DNA of 64,000 nt from Macrostomum lignano (Eukaryota), in assembly GCA_002269645.1 (NCBI GenBank), contig NIVC01000483.1, positions 72,580-136,579 of the forward strand, in the 5' to 3' direction. A program made the position numbers and the translations under genes. The notes beneath the pieces are model-generated. The model had not been told where the DNA came from, ran no database searches, and worked only from the letters and a program-made list of their open reading frames with translations. Positions 1 to 12,790 of this stretch are shown here, in pieces (within the stretch, counting starts at the first letter, position 1; every line of letters begins with the position of its first letter).

Positions 1-156
1 GTCGGCCTCAGCTCGGGTCAGGGCCTGCCCGGCAGACCGCATCAGCCTGACGAGTTCGCGAGCCTCAATCGCTCCGCTGCCATCGACATCGAATTTGTCG
101 AACACTTCGCGTAGAATCTCCTGACTGACGGCCCCAGTGCCGCTCTGGTTGGACAT
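1..156 (-). CDS. Calmodulin-like EF-hand protein, 5' part (runs off the window edge)
   Basis: Manual translation from ATG at 156: MSNQSGTGAVSQEILREVFDKFDVDGSGAIEARELVRLMRSAGQALTRAEAD. Canonical EF-hand loop DVDGSGAIEARE; clearly paralogous to 11349..11810. Not in the ORF track. Confidence 0.88.
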   Translation of the reverse strand, partial: MSNQSGTGAVSQEILREVFDKFDVDGSGAIEARELVRLMRSAGQALTRAEAD

Positions 157-551
157 TTCACAGCAGTGGCTGTCTGTCGATTTTTGTATTGCAGCGCCTT
201 ATCCGGCCGACTGGGAATGCAAATTGACGAGCAATTCTGCTGCCGCTCTGAAATATGCTGAGTGGAAGGCAGCTCTTGGCAGTGTTTTGAGCGCCGTGTT
301 GGGGTTGGCCTGCAGCCAATGCTGCTTCTCAGCTCTGCGAGATGCGTTTGCCTCACCTCTCTGCAGCCTGTGACTGGTACACGCCTCTGCTACTCCTCCT
401 GCATGCAGCTTCCAACTCGTCTCCGTCTGTTTCTCCCTCCCCTTGCAGCTGTTGCTCCCGCGGTAGCCTGTGACAGCTCTTCCCGCTGCCTGCCTGAGCC
501 CTGCTTGACAGCCGCATTGTTGCTGGGGGGAGTTGGGGACTGCGAAGTACG

Positions 552-587
<36 letters not shown>
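552..587. repeat. (CTAT)9 microsatellite
   Basis: Direct reading. Confidence 0.95.
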
Positions 588-2329
588 AAAATATTTAATG
601 AAGAAATCCATCTATTGTTTCATTGTTTAATAAAACATCCATCCAAGATTGCGCAAGAATATTTAAGAGTAATGTATCTGATTTTCCTAATTAATGTAAA
701 TTTTCAGGTATTCCTAATCTCGTAACTATTTTAGCTTTTGAGATGAGTCTAAATTTATTTACTGCACGTTCTACTGTTAGTAGACGCTGGTAAATGAGGT
801 TTGAGTCTCGCTCCACGAATCTTGGTTGAATTCCGTGTGCGGAATTTGAAATATTCAAATTCCAAGTGTGATCCTGTAGCACAAGCAGACACAGCTGTCA
901 CCCCAGCCCCGCAATCCCCTCCACCCCCCTGTTTCCTCGGCTCTGCACTGAGCTGGGATATTCGTCTGAGTACCTGACAGCAGCTCCGATCCTTCCCAAA
1001 CTCAACAGCCAGTTCAAGGAGATCCAAAATCAGAATTAGGAGTGCCAAATTTTCCACTAAATGATCATAATTTCTTACACCCCAATGTGGCTATACAACC
1101 GATGCATCGGTCTCGCTGAGTCTCTTGGCTTCCTATATAAACCTCAACGCCAATTTGTCTATGACAAAACTATTCTTGGATAGGGGTGTTCGGGTCGGCC
1201 ATTTTTTCGGGGTTCGGGGTTTACCGGTACCCCTACCCCGAACCCCGAACCCCGTCCCGAACATTTCTTCCAACCCCGAACCCCGAACCAGGTACCAAAA
1301 TCCGACCCGACCCCGAACGTAACCCCGAACATTTTCACGCTTATTTTGGTCAATCATTTTAATAAATTAATACACGTTTTTCACCGATAAAGGTACAATA
1401 TTCATTTGTACTTCACTTCAATTGTAAGCCTTTTGGGCGCGACGTTAGCTCATGAATGACTTGGGACAAACACAGGTTTATATTTGTTGTATAGGTGTAA
1501 ATGGTATACTTCTTGCAATGGGATTGGGATTGAGATGGAAGGAATACCAAGACCCAAGATCTAATAGTAAGATACATGAAAGTTCACAACTAAAATCAGG
1601 ACCATTTCGTACCTATACTTACAACGAAATTGCTTTCAAAGTAATATTACATCTATGAGTTTATTTAAGCTGCAAAAATAGAGTACAATAAAATTAGATT
1701 ATACCCTGTAGTGTAGATATCAGTAGAGATAGAACTAGAGCGATAAAGAGATAGCACAGATAAAACAATGATACAATGAAACAGGAGAGTTAATCACAAA
1801 TATATATTTATTTTTACTTTTGACTACAGTTAACAGTAAGTCAGTAGTGGTATAACAGAATTGCTATGTAAAAACAAAAGTGACGTCTTTACATAAAATT
1901 GTATGCTGATATGAGTAGGTAATCATTGTGATAATTGATTATTGGCGACTGATGCGTGGAGAATAATAGTGTATTTATAAATTTTAAGCTTCCTCATCAA
2001 TCCAGAAGTTCAGACCATGTTACACGTAGCATGACCGGATTTTCAGTTCTCGGTTCAGTTCCGAAATTTAAATTAATTCACTCCGGATTGCCTCTAAATA
2101 GTTAGTGTATAAACAAAGTAAAAACATTTCTGCTCCAATTGCACTTAAACAGCAAATAAAAAAGCATTGCCATTGCAATAAATATTTAAATAATATTATT
2201 TTTTGATGATAGTTTTACATTTTATTGTAATTTTTTCGTCAGTCATTTTAGCGCGCATATGAAACTTATGCATACGAAATTCAAAAGCACATTGCTTTCG
2301 AATTGCTTGGAGAATGCCTAAGGCAAAGG

Positions 2330-2508
2330 CAGTGGCGCAACCAGGTGGGGGGCGGGGGCGGTCGCCACCCTCTTATAGGCGCGGAGACCCAAAAAATCAA
2401 AGAATCAGAGGGGGACCAAGCGAATTTTCGCCAAAACAGAGCCACCCCTCTCCCGGGACTTTACCCTCCAAAATCCGCCCCCTCATAAAATTTCTGGTTG
2501 CACTACTG
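2330..2508. mobile_element. Small hAT-like MITE
   Basis: TIR CAGTGGCGCAACCAG and CTGGTTGCACTACTG (13/15 match). GC-rich subtermini. No intact TSD. Confidence 0.55.
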
Positions 2509-2930
2509 AACGAAAGTTTCCTTACACACCCTCTCTTCAATATAAATTTATAATTATATTATATTTCAATATAAAATTATAATATTTTACATATTATAAT
2601 TTTAATTTTAATTTTAATTTTAATTACATGTATATATAATTATATAATTAAAAAAGATATTTAATTTATCTGCACTTTCTTTGAAAATTAAATCTCATAA
2701 GAATAAAATATAAGCATAAAAGTCATGCTTAAATGTCTTTTGCTGAGCAAAACTGTCACTCTATAATGATGGTATTAAATATTTACGCGTAGATGAACTT
2801 TGTTTTAGTTTTTAGTTACTCTTAAGACTAGAAAAAAATTACCTGGGACTATATGAAGTATAACTTGTTTCAACTAATTGTTTTACTTAAATGAATAAAA
2901 AATATATACACTGTAAAAGTTAGCTCATAA

Positions 2931-3850
2931 CAGCAACAACTTAACAACAAATTATGCAGCTAGCAATCAAAGTCACAGAGCAGGGTGCTTCAGATGGCGC
3001 GCCGCAGAGCCTGAGAGCGGACGAAGTCCGCCCCGTTGGCAGTGTCGGGCGCCCTGGCGTCGCGTACGTAGGAGGCAGTCCACGTATCGACGGGTTTGGG
3101 CCTGACCCCGCCTGAGCAGGCCCTGCAGAGTGAGCAACAGGACGTCCTGAACAGGTTTTGGCGTGTTGACAACCAGTCCGACGCTCAATGCCACCTTGAC
3201 CAACCTGTCGATCTGGCGGGATGCCACCTTGAACGGACGAGGACAGGAGGGCGAGTTCGTCGGCGTAGCCAAGCAAATAATAATAAGGCGCTTTTCGCCG
3301 TGGCGGCGACCGATGCGTCTGCGCAGCGCAGGAAGCCGTCGTTAGTCGAGGAGACTGCGGTCCGAAGCACCCAGTGGCAGCAGCACGAAGAGAAACGGCG
3401 CCAAAGTGTCGCCATGCAGAACTCCTGATGAAGTGTCGAACTGATGATGATTTACATGTATGTAATCGCCCTACTAGTGAACCGTCTTCTCATGGGGGAA
3501 GGATCAGATCGTATGACTATGGATGGCTGCCAGCCGTCTATGACCAGACTATGACCGACAGATCGCCCTTCAGGTTGTCCCGCCCATGCATATTGATAAC
3601 AATTTTTGGTAGTGCTATATTAGAGACGCGGTAAGGACCCAAATGTGCCCCATCGATAGCTAAGGTGCAAATATTGATCATCGGGTTATTGCATGACCCA
3701 CTGGCTGCCACCACTCTGTGACCTGGCGAACCTGGATCTACGGTATGACCAGACCTGGCGAGGCCGGAGCCCCGCCTGGGATGGGTATCAAGGGTTGGAG
3801 CTAGCGGCGAGCAGCATGCAGCCGAATAGCTATAATAGGAATCTGCTTGG
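2931..3850 (-). mobile_element. RTE-clade LINE remnant with internal deletions
   Basis: Collinear pieces matching the RTE at 47367-48941: degenerate AKLFNRML region (~3700-3850), GVLHGDTLAPFLF...YADE...SVGLVVNT (3170-3430) fused to PKPVQDVLLLTLQ...QALRRAI, and a degenerate (TTG)n tail near 2931-2950. Confidence 0.8.
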
Positions 3851-4005
3851 GCACAAATCGGGAACTCCGGGATCATACAGACGGATTTTTATCAGGGGAT
3901 CCTTTTAAGGCTGTGATGACATACGGTTCAGATTGCAAAAAGTACATGTAGTGTATAGAGAAAACGTAGAACAGCTATACATGTACATCTAGTTTGGATT
4001 GATCA

Positions 4006-4330
4006 ATGGGTTCGGGCCTGGCTCCTCATATGAAAGGTTTTCCTCTCCACATGGAGCACCAGACCGCTGATGTGATGAACCACTGCTGGCAGCGTGCGTC
4101 TGCGTCGTGGCATGTCAGGTCCGCTGATACGTCAGCAGACACAGTCAGCATCTCGGTCTTCAATATGCTGACAACGCTTGAACCCACCTCTTTCTGTGCT
4201 TTCAACAGACGAGAAAAAGAGGCTGAGGTCGCCAGCGTTGCCAAACAAGCTTAGGTGTTTTTTGCCGCTGTGGCGAATGATGCGTCTCCACAACAGATAA
4301 AAAAGCAGGAAGAAATCTCTCCATTTCAGC
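4006..4330 (-). mobile_element. Older degenerate RTE LINE fragment
   Basis: Translation FLL..RRIIRHSGKKHLSLFGNAGDLSLFFSSVESTER aligns to RTE FLLRRRVGRRQPERRLSVLGYADDLALLSSTVEGAQR. Confidence 0.6.
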
Positions 4331-6587
4331 ATTCGAGGTGTGCCACGAAGCTCACAGATGTTCAATTGAAAAGATATTTTTGGTGTAAAGTCTACTCAGA
4401 TGTTATATTGCAAAATGCTTTTAGTTTAATTTTAAAAAGATTTTCCTCGCTGTAGTATGCATTTGATTTTTTGTTTATTTATTTTCGTGGAACTGAACGT
4501 GGAACTGAAAATCCGGTCATATACACGTAGCACATGTAAAATTATTACTGAACGTAATTTTTTAAATCATCAACTGCAAGACTGAATGGGTCGAAAAACG
4601 ACAATCGTTATTTACCAGAAAGTGTAAATGAATCCATGGTTCTATCTGCTATTTCCGTTTCAAATTGTATGTAAAATATAACTTAAGTTGTACCTGAAAC
4701 TCAACGCATATCTTTCGCATTGTGGATTTTGCATAAGGAGTAAAAAGTGCTTGAAAATACTCTTGAGAATGATAATTGTTCAAAACCCCGAAAACCCGGT
4801 GGCCAAACCCGACCCGAACCGCGAACCCGGTACCCCTAACCCGAAACCCGAACCCGGTACCAAAACCCGACCCGAAACCCGACCCGACCCCGAACCCCGA
4901 ACACCCCTATTCTTGGAGTAAGATTTGCTAATCCTGTTTCTAGTTTCTATAGGATCCCCTTGGCCAGCCCTCGAGCGGACCCATAGCTTTACTAGCCACA
5001 TTGAGAATCGATATAAGGGAGAGAACTGTGAGAGGCACAGCTCAATGGGCTTATGCTTCCCGGCTCTAACCCTGTGAATTGCAGACAGGAAACTGCAACA
5101 AGGAGAGGCGGTTACTGCAGCACAGGCAGGAGTGGCGGCAGGTGTGGCGGCTCTGTAAAATGCTTGAACAGCTAGCGAATTCCTATAACTATAAATGGGA
5201 GAAAGGAAAAATTATAGAAATTCCTAAGCGAGAAAAAAATTAAAAACTGCTGACGCCGAATGAGCTGTGGAGCTGTGAGCGAGACAGTGACAGACTGAGC
5301 TGCCAAGTTGGAAACCCAATCCATTGTAAAAGCAGATTTTCTCTGTTGAGGGAAAAATGCAAAAAAAGGTTGTATCCAAAGTTTCATTTTGCACTTGGCG
5401 CTGTCCACTTTTCGCGTCTCAGTCGACAGCAGACACTTCAGAGTAACTAACGGAATTTTACATACACTTTAATACACAGCGACTTGTCAAAAACACAAGA
5501 CAAGAGGAAGTATATTTTCACACAGAAGCATCCAACTTAGTGCATGTCTATGGACGAAACCCCCGAAGAAGCGTTTATAATTTGTCAAATTTTGCTTGTC
5601 ACTTTTGTCACTTGTCGATTTGTCAAGTTGGAAATTTTGTCCGACATATGCTTTATGAAATAGGCCCCAGGCATGTACACTCTGTGCCTTGGCAGGTTGG
5701 CCCCTCATGGAGTCTAATTAATGTACATAAAACATCTATAGAATTACACCGTAGATCACAAGGTCAGTCATCATGTAAATTCCAATTTAATAATAAGATT
5801 AATTATAGTTCAGGCCCGGGGTTCTGATAATTGGATACTAAAAAATTATTTATGAGCCTACACAAATCGATAGGTAATTGATCATGCTGGCATGACTATC
5901 TATGGATAGGGTAAGGTAGTCAATAAAAAGCTTGCTAATTGAATTTGGGCTCTACCCCTATCCCCAATATGATATTTCAGTATCATCACCTCTCTTAGAG
6001 AGAATTTCAGAATATCGTCATTAATTGCAGTTCCACACACACAGGAAACCCAGAAATTTAATGCTGCATCCCACAGTCTGGGACTCAGCCCACACACTCT
6101 CTGGATTTTGAGCACTTTTTATACGAGTTCGAATACGCTTGGGAAAAATTTCCTCCTCAATTTTTTTTAAGTAAAAAACTTTCTGCTATTAAACTTTTTG
6201 CTGGGCTATTGCGCACGCGAATCGAGGGTACAGGGAGTGAGCTAGCGATTTAAAATCCGGGGTCGCTGCACACCCTGTATAAGTAAACTGCTTCGAAAGA
6301 GAAATTCACATGTAGCCAGTATAAAGTTTTGTACAGACAATGAGTCGTATTTAAAAAGTTTTTAAAGATTAAAATGCTTCAGTCTTTCAGAAGAAAGGCA
6401 TTTTTCAAGTCGGCTCTTTAATCCCTTAAAGTCTGTTTTCTAGCCTAAGATCCCAGTATCAGCATCCCCTTTAAGCCTTGGCATTGCAGGATTTCACATT
6501 GATTGATGGCACCTTAGCAACTCCCCTTTAGTCATGACCGAAGCCTAACTCTCTCTCTCTCTCTGATGCTTGGTCTCTCAGCAATTC

Positions 6588-6790
6588 CCCCAGTAAGCCT
6601 TGGCATCTCCGCAAACCCCCCCGTGAGCCTAGACATCTCAGCAAACTCCCCCCCGTGAGCCTTGGCATCTCAGCAAACTCCCCCCGTGAGCCTAGACATC
6701 TCAGCAAACTCCCCCCCCGTGAGCCTTGGCATCTCAGCAAACCCCCCCCCCGTGAGCCTAGGAATCTCAGCAACTCCCCCCGTTAGCCTT
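6588..6790. repeat. ~31-33-bp minisatellite (GTGAGCCT[AGAC/TGGC]ATCTCAGCAAACTCCCCCC)
   Basis: About 6 units with variable poly-C; the two variants alternate. Confidence 0.9.
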
Positions 6791-6864
6791 GTTCGTTTTC
6801 CTTAAGTTTAAGAGTCAAAGTTCAGGGAAGGGGAATAAGTATGTCGGTGAGTAGGGGGCCAGAG

Positions 6865-7538
6865 TGTGTCTACCGCAACTATCTACCCTACTACAAGTGT
6901 GTCTAGTAAGCAAATATTTACCCTACCACAAGTGTATCTACTACAGCAAATATCTACCCTACTACAAGTGTGTCTAGTAAGCAAATATTTACCCTACCAC
7001 AAGTGTATCTACTACAGCAAATATCTACCCTACTACAAGTGTGTCTACTACAGCAACTATCTACCCTACTACAAGTGTATCTACTACAGCAACTATCTAC
7101 CCTACTACAAGTGTATCTACTACAGCAACTATCTACCCTACTACAAGTGTATCTACTACAGCAACTATCTACCCTACTACAAGTGTATCTACTACAGCAA
7201 CTATCTACCCTACTACAAGTGTATCTACTACAGCAACTATCTACCCTACTACAAGTGTATCTACTACAGCAACTATCTACCCTACTACAAGTGTATCTAC
7301 TACAGCAACTATCTACCCTACTACAAGTGTATCTACTACAGCAACTATCTACCCTACTACAAGTGTATCTACTACAGCAACTATCTACCCTACTACAAGT
7401 GTATCTACTACAGCAACTATCTACCCTACTACAAGTGTATCTACTACAGCAACTATCTACCCTACTACAAGTGTATCTACTACAGCAACTATCTACCCTA
7501 CTACAAGTGTATCTACTACAGCAACTATCTACCCTACT
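6865..7538. repeat. 36-bp minisatellite (GTGTATCTACTACAGCAACTATCTACCCTACTACAA), ~19 copies
   Basis: Direct reading; explains the 12-aa periodic ORFs in all frames. Confidence 0.96.
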
Positions 7539-8227
7539 AAACACCAAAGGCGATCTTAGCAAGCAGCAGTATCTCGAGTACTATCTCATCTCCGGTACAG
7601 CGCCAGTCTCTCTAGTGTAGCACTTGCAACGCCAAGCAGCTAAGCAAATATTGCAGCATGGCTCCGCTCTTCTCTCGGGGCCCATGCAGTGCAATATATT
7701 CTACTAGAAGAAGCTGCGAGCTCTTATCTCGTCTGGGAACACGAACAGACGCTAGCAGATGGTAAGCCTGACAACCAGCCCTCCGTGTTGTATGTAGCAA
7801 ATAATTAATCCCGAAAATCCCAACAGGTCTTAGACTCGCTCTTCTGCTGAGCAAATTTTGTCTCAATCTGAATGAATTTGACTGAAGTTGACATCGATTG
7901 AACAGTTGAAGAATATAGTTTGTCAGCTTTCTGCTTTCGCTTGCTATCATTCCCAGCTCACACTGGCAGCGTGTGTGTGCATATTCTTTACTTCAATTCC
8001 TGGCAAGACGCATAAAAGAAAGGCGTTCCATTTTTTGGATTCTTTCTTTTAGAAGCAGCTGCTTTCAGTCACTCTCTCTCTCTCTCTTCCTGTCTCTCCT
8101 TTTGTCTTGCTGCTTGTTGCATTCCCCAACAGCTAGTGTCACTGTAAACATATTGCTGCAGCTACTCCAGCCCCCCCCCCAGCGACGTGTGTGGCCCTCA
8201 TAGTCAGCTGACTCAAATGCACACAGG

Positions 8228-8332
<105 letters not shown>

Positions 8333-8817
8333 GTGGGAGAATTTTCCTCCCCATTTAAGCGCTGCAAGCCGGGGTGAGAGTGAATGGCTGCATTATTATT
8401 CCACCCATAGTTTTTCCTACTATCCCCATTCTCCCATTTCTTTACCATTCTTTCCCTCAAGCCATCCCACAGGGCAACTATTGCTGGATCGAACTGGATA
8501 TTTGCTTCCCTTCTCCCCCAGTTTCCCTGTCCGGCAACACGTCCCCAATCGTGCAGTTTCCCCAGTTGGCCTGTATTGGCCCAGTTTGAGTCAGTTTGAG
8601 TCCAACCCGTTGAATATTTAAGCAGTGCTGGGGTCTGAAGTTAGCCGGAATGGTTGGGACAGAGCAACAATGAACTGGGGTGCTGCCTCGGATACTATCA
8701 TAATAGGGAGGCTGCGATGACATTTTTGAGTCGGTTTTATAGAGCCAAGCTCTTAACTAGCTCTGTTTTGTTTAATAGTAAGACAAAATATGCTTATTGT
8801 GATCAATGGTCCTAGGC

Positions 8818-9139
8818 TAGATATTGAGGAGAGTAGCATTGATAATGAGGGTTGTATGATAGATAATGAGGAGTGTAGGATAAATAATGAGGACTGTAGG
8901 ATAGATAATGAGGAATATAGGATAGATAATGAAGAGTGTAGGATAGATAATGAGGAGTGTAGGATAGATAATGAGGACTGTAGGATAGATAAGGAGGAAT
9001 ATAGGATAGATAAGGAGGAATATAGGATAGATAGTGAGGAATATAGGATAGATAATGAAGATTGTAGGATAGATAATGAGGAATATAGGATAGATAATGA
9101 GTACTATATATAGGATAGATGATGAGGAGTGTAGGATTC
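8818..9139. repeat. 21-bp minisatellite (GGATAGATAATGAGGAGTGTA), ~15 copies
   Basis: Direct reading; gives the spurious RIDNEEC ORF. Confidence 0.9.
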
Positions 9140-9858
9140 AGTTTTGTTCATAGAACATAAAACTTTAATAATCGATACTACTTTGCTAGAAAGCAAACTG
9201 ATAACTTGAAATAAGGCCACTGTTTCAAGCCTGACATTCTGTTTACCAGACTTAATTAGAGCAGACAATTGAGTAGAAGAAAATTTTCATCATTAAATCC
9301 AAGCAAAGCTGCTCAGTAAGCCTTGCTCTACTGCAGAGTTTCTCAGCTCTCTGTGGCCTGCAATGAAAGTGAGACTAAATTATAATACTTTTTTCACACT
9401 ACAGCAATAATTGCAGCTTAGGTCATGGGTTGGGTGTGTGCCAGTTTGCATGACTCAAACAGAGTTTTGAGTGATAGGTGGAATTGGCGCCGTATTATCA
9501 AATTTCTAGCACAGCCAACAACGGCTTAAGCTATAGCTATTCGAGACCAATATTGCTGCTTCCAGAGTTTTTTGTTATTGTTCTACCCAGGAGCAGCACA
9601 GCTCTGCGCCTTGAGCAGAGCGCGTACTGCACTTTTATATTTCATGCTCCACTCGTGTTCACCCGATCAACATACTCGGACGCTGGTACGTCTAGCTGTA
9701 TCGCTCCTCTCGGATACAAATAAGCATTTTCGATTTCTGATGCAAGTGTTTTTTATTCCCCAGCTACATCACGCATCAGTTCTTAAAAATTGAAGTATCA
9801 CTTACGATACTTGTACCTAAAGTCACCAAATAGAATATTGAAATAATAGAATAGAATA

Positions 9859-10123
9859 CAGAGTCACCTATTACATTACAGAGTCACCAGTTACATTACA
9901 TAGTCACCAATTACATTACAGAGTCACCAGTTACATTACATAGTCACCAGTTACATTACAGAGTCACCAATTACAGTACAGAGTCACCAATTACAGTACA
10001 GAGTCAACAATTATATTACAGAGTCACCAATTACATTACAGAGTCACCAATTACAGTACAGAGTCACCAATTTCATTACAGAGTCACCAGTTACATTACA
10101 GAGTCACCAATTCCATTACAGAG
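9859..10123. repeat. 20-bp minisatellite (CAGAGTCACCAATTACATTA), ~13 copies
   Basis: Direct reading. Confidence 0.92.
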
Positions 10124-10379
10124 ATTTTGACACACATGCAAATCAAGACAGACTTAAATACAGTGCTGGGAATCGAAGCAAGGGGACTTGAGTACGAGAG
10201 ACACTTCAAAGTAGCCTTATGTTTTAGATTGGAAGCATAATTTATCCACATATTTATTTGATAAAATGCAAAGTTCCTGTCACTGTCGACCAATGGTCCG
10301 CATAGGCCCGTGAAGCCTCTCTATCCGGCCCTCGGGTCCTTTGAAACTTCACACTAGCAATCCGGGGTTCGCGTCATTT

Positions 10380-10800
10380 CATCTTTCTTCTCGGTTCTCT
10401 CCTATCTCCTTTCTCCCCTCTCGTCTATTCTCTTTTCTCTCTCCTCTCTCTCTCTCTCTCTCACCTCTCCCATACTCTTTAATCTCTCCTCTACTCTCTC
10501 CTCTCTCTCCTCACCCCTCTCTCCTCTCTCCTCGGTCTTCTCATGTCTCCTCTCTCCTCTTTCCTCTCCTCTTATCTCTCCTCTCCTCTTCTCTCTCCTC
10601 TTCTCTCTCTCTCCTCTCCTCTCCTCTCCTTCCTCCTTTCTCCTCTCTCTTCTCATCTCTTTCATCTCCTCTCTTATCTCGTATCCTCTTCTCTCTTATC
10701 TCTTCTCTCATCGCAGCTCTCATCCCGCATCGCGCCTTTCACATCACATCTCATCTCTTCTCATATACTGTATCCTCTTCTCTCTCCTCTATTTTCTCTC
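10380..10800. repeat. CT-rich low-complexity tract
   Basis: Degenerate (CT)n/(CTC)n. Confidence 0.9.
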
Positions 10801-11348
10801 GTGCGAAATCGTCTATGGTGAAAACCCAGTCAGCGCTACGCAGAAAATCAAATCTTCAATTTTATAATTTGGGATTCAGAGTCCAGCTGGGGGAGATAAC
10901 CGGGATTTCAGTGCCATCAAAACTGACAGTTTCATATTATAAAAATATCCTATAAAACTGGTGTTTAAAATGAATTGCAACAGGACAGTCGTTTATTAAT
11001 AGGACAGTTTTAACGATTCAATCACCATATATAGCATTCGTCGCTAGTTTATTTAAGTATTTATTTAAAATTATTGATAATCGTAAGACTTATTAAGTTA
11101 ATTAGAGAGAATGGAGATAATAGATTTCTAAGGTTTAGATTTGGTCAAAAAAGCAGTTCAAACACAGTGATGACAGCTTTGGATTAGAGGGCCCTGACAG
11201 ATTGTGGTATAAATAATGATAATAGCAATAGCAATACATTAGCTTCTAACAATGCAGTCAGCTTTTTTCAGATTATAAATATTTATAGTTTCAGTTTGCT
11301 CAAATAATATCCGGGCGTAGCCTCATCAAGCCGTCAGTCAGTAGTTGC

Positions 11349-11810
11349 TCAGGCATGGAAGATCTTCATCTTGGCAGCCATGTTGTTGAACTCGTCGAAG
11401 CTGATGGCGCCGTCTTTGTCGGTGTCAGCCTCGTTCAGCATCTGCTGCAGCTGCTCGTCGGAGAGGCCCTCCTTCAGGATGTCGTTCATGACAGCCCGGA
11501 GCTCCTGCAGGGAGATCACGCCGTCCTTGTTCTGGTCCAGCAGCTGGAAGATCTTCTCCTTCTCGGACTGGGGCCGGTGCCCGCCCTTGGACAGGAAGCT
11601 GTTCATCATGTTGACGAACTCGCCGAATTCCAGGGTGCCGTTCTCGTTCTTGTCGAACTCTTTGATGAGAGCTTCGGCCTCAACTCGGGTGATGGTGTGT
11701 CCGGCGGCGCGGATCAGGTTCACCAGCTCCTTGGCCTCGATGGTGCCATTGCCATTAGCATCGGCGCTGTCGAACACCTTCTTCAGAACTTGTTCGCTCT
11801 CGCTGGCCAT
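11349..11810 (-). CDS. Calmodulin-like protein, 4 EF-hands, 153 aa, single exon
   Basis: Loops DANGNGTIEAKE, DKNENGTLEFGE, DQNKDGVISLQE and DTDKDGAISFDE, with calmodulin-like spacing. Diverged from canonical calmodulin. Confidence 0.95.
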   Translation of the reverse strand: MASESEQVLKKVFDSADANGNGTIEAKELVNLIRAAGHTITRVEAEALIKEFDKNENGTLEFGEFVNMMNSFLSKGGHRPQSEKEKIFQLLDQNKDGVISLQELRAVMNDILKEGLSDEQLQQMLNEADTDKDGAISFDEFNNMAAKMKIFHA

Positions 11811-12623
11811 GGCTTGTTAATTTTCGAGTCTGCAATGGAGCTGGAAGGAAACCGACTGAAGGAATGGTTTGCAGCAGCAGCAAGGGGCTTGGCCTGTGGG
11901 GGCAGTTTTATTCCCCCCTTCGCTGGATCGTTTGGCGGAGGGGGGGAGGGGAGATTTGAGGGGCGCCAGACCTCGCGCTGAAGCTCATTGGCCTAAAGCA
12001 GTTGTCAGAGCCAGAGTTGAGTACTGAGCCAAGGAGATCCAGATTCAGCAATCTGGAGAGGAAGCTCTATTGCCTGGAGCGGATCGTGGGACTCTAAAAT
12101 TACTAGGGCATGGTGTGTGCACGAAAAAATGATCCAGCGGTTTGTAGTGCGATTAAAGGAGCTAAAAAAAGGACCTGTTTATGCGCGAAACAGATTCTAA
12201 CGTGGTCTGACTACAGCTATTGGCTACTCAAATCATTGAACTCTCCGCTTTAAGGAAATGACAGAAGCATTTTTGTTGCAGGAACTAACATAGGGGATTA
12301 ATACTCTGTCAGACAGTAAACCCGTGCGAGCTAGAAGTCCTCCACTTCCGTATACTCGTAGCTATGCTTTAGACCAGTCTGCTCCCACAGATTAGCTGCT
12401 GTGCTCCGCACAACCGTGCCTAAAGCCGAGCGCGAGTCCTGACTGCAGTGAACAAACAGTGGAGTTATAGTTTGCGTGCGAGTCCATGGACTGCTGCTGG
12501 ATAATATCTGGACAGCGAGCTAATGCAAATGCATATAGAGTCGATTAAAGTTATAGGGAGTCTCCAAGTGTCTTTAAAACCTTAGAACGCATTGCAGACA
12601 TGAAGAATGCAAAATATGCAAAA

Positions 12624-12790
12624 ATCGGGACCCAGAGACTCCCAGGTCTAATCTGGACTCAGAGACACCAAATGTCTAATCGGGACTCGAAGACTCCCAG
12701 GTCTAATCGGGACTCAGAGACACCAAATGTCCAATCGGGACTCACAGACACCAAAAAGGTCTAATCTGGACTCAATCTCTAATCGGGGCT
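12624..12790. repeat. ~27-29-bp degenerate minisatellite (GGGACTCAGAGACACCAAATGTCTAATC)
   Basis: About 6 degenerate units. Confidence 0.8.

Larger units (their letters stand above)
2030..4521. mobile_element. Non-autonomous TIR element with 9-bp TSD (MULE-like or P-like), nested in the hAT
   Basis: TIR (C)ATGACCGGATTT(T)TCAGTTC and GAACTGAAAATCCGGTCAT(A). Direct repeat TACACGTAG at 2021-2029 and 4522-4530. Superfamily uncertain. Confidence 0.75.
1181..4909. mobile_element. Non-autonomous hAT-type DNA transposon with nested inserts
   Basis: TIRs TAGGGGTGTTCGGG (1181) and CCCGAACACCCCTA (4909). Perfect 8-bp TSD TTCTTGGA (1173-1180, 4910-4917). Subterminal ACCCGA/CCCGAA arrays at both ends. 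No transposase ORF seen. Confidence 0.88.

Noticed and set aside
691-1057. Minus-strand ORFs as a LINE tail or gene
   Set aside because: No convincing motif.
1083-5002. 11-bp inverted repeat CAATGTGGCTA flanking the hAT
   Set aside because: Short, with no TSD; could be chance.
6866-7620. Long periodic ORFs (also 8790-9113, 25397-26050, 28696-29433, 37532-38209, 39062-41610, 62024-62810)
   Set aside because: They arise from stop-free tandem repeats, are open in several frames, and many lie in introns.
11355-11981. 208-aa and 149-aa plus-strand ORFs
   Set aside because: Antisense shadows of the calmodulin-like gene.
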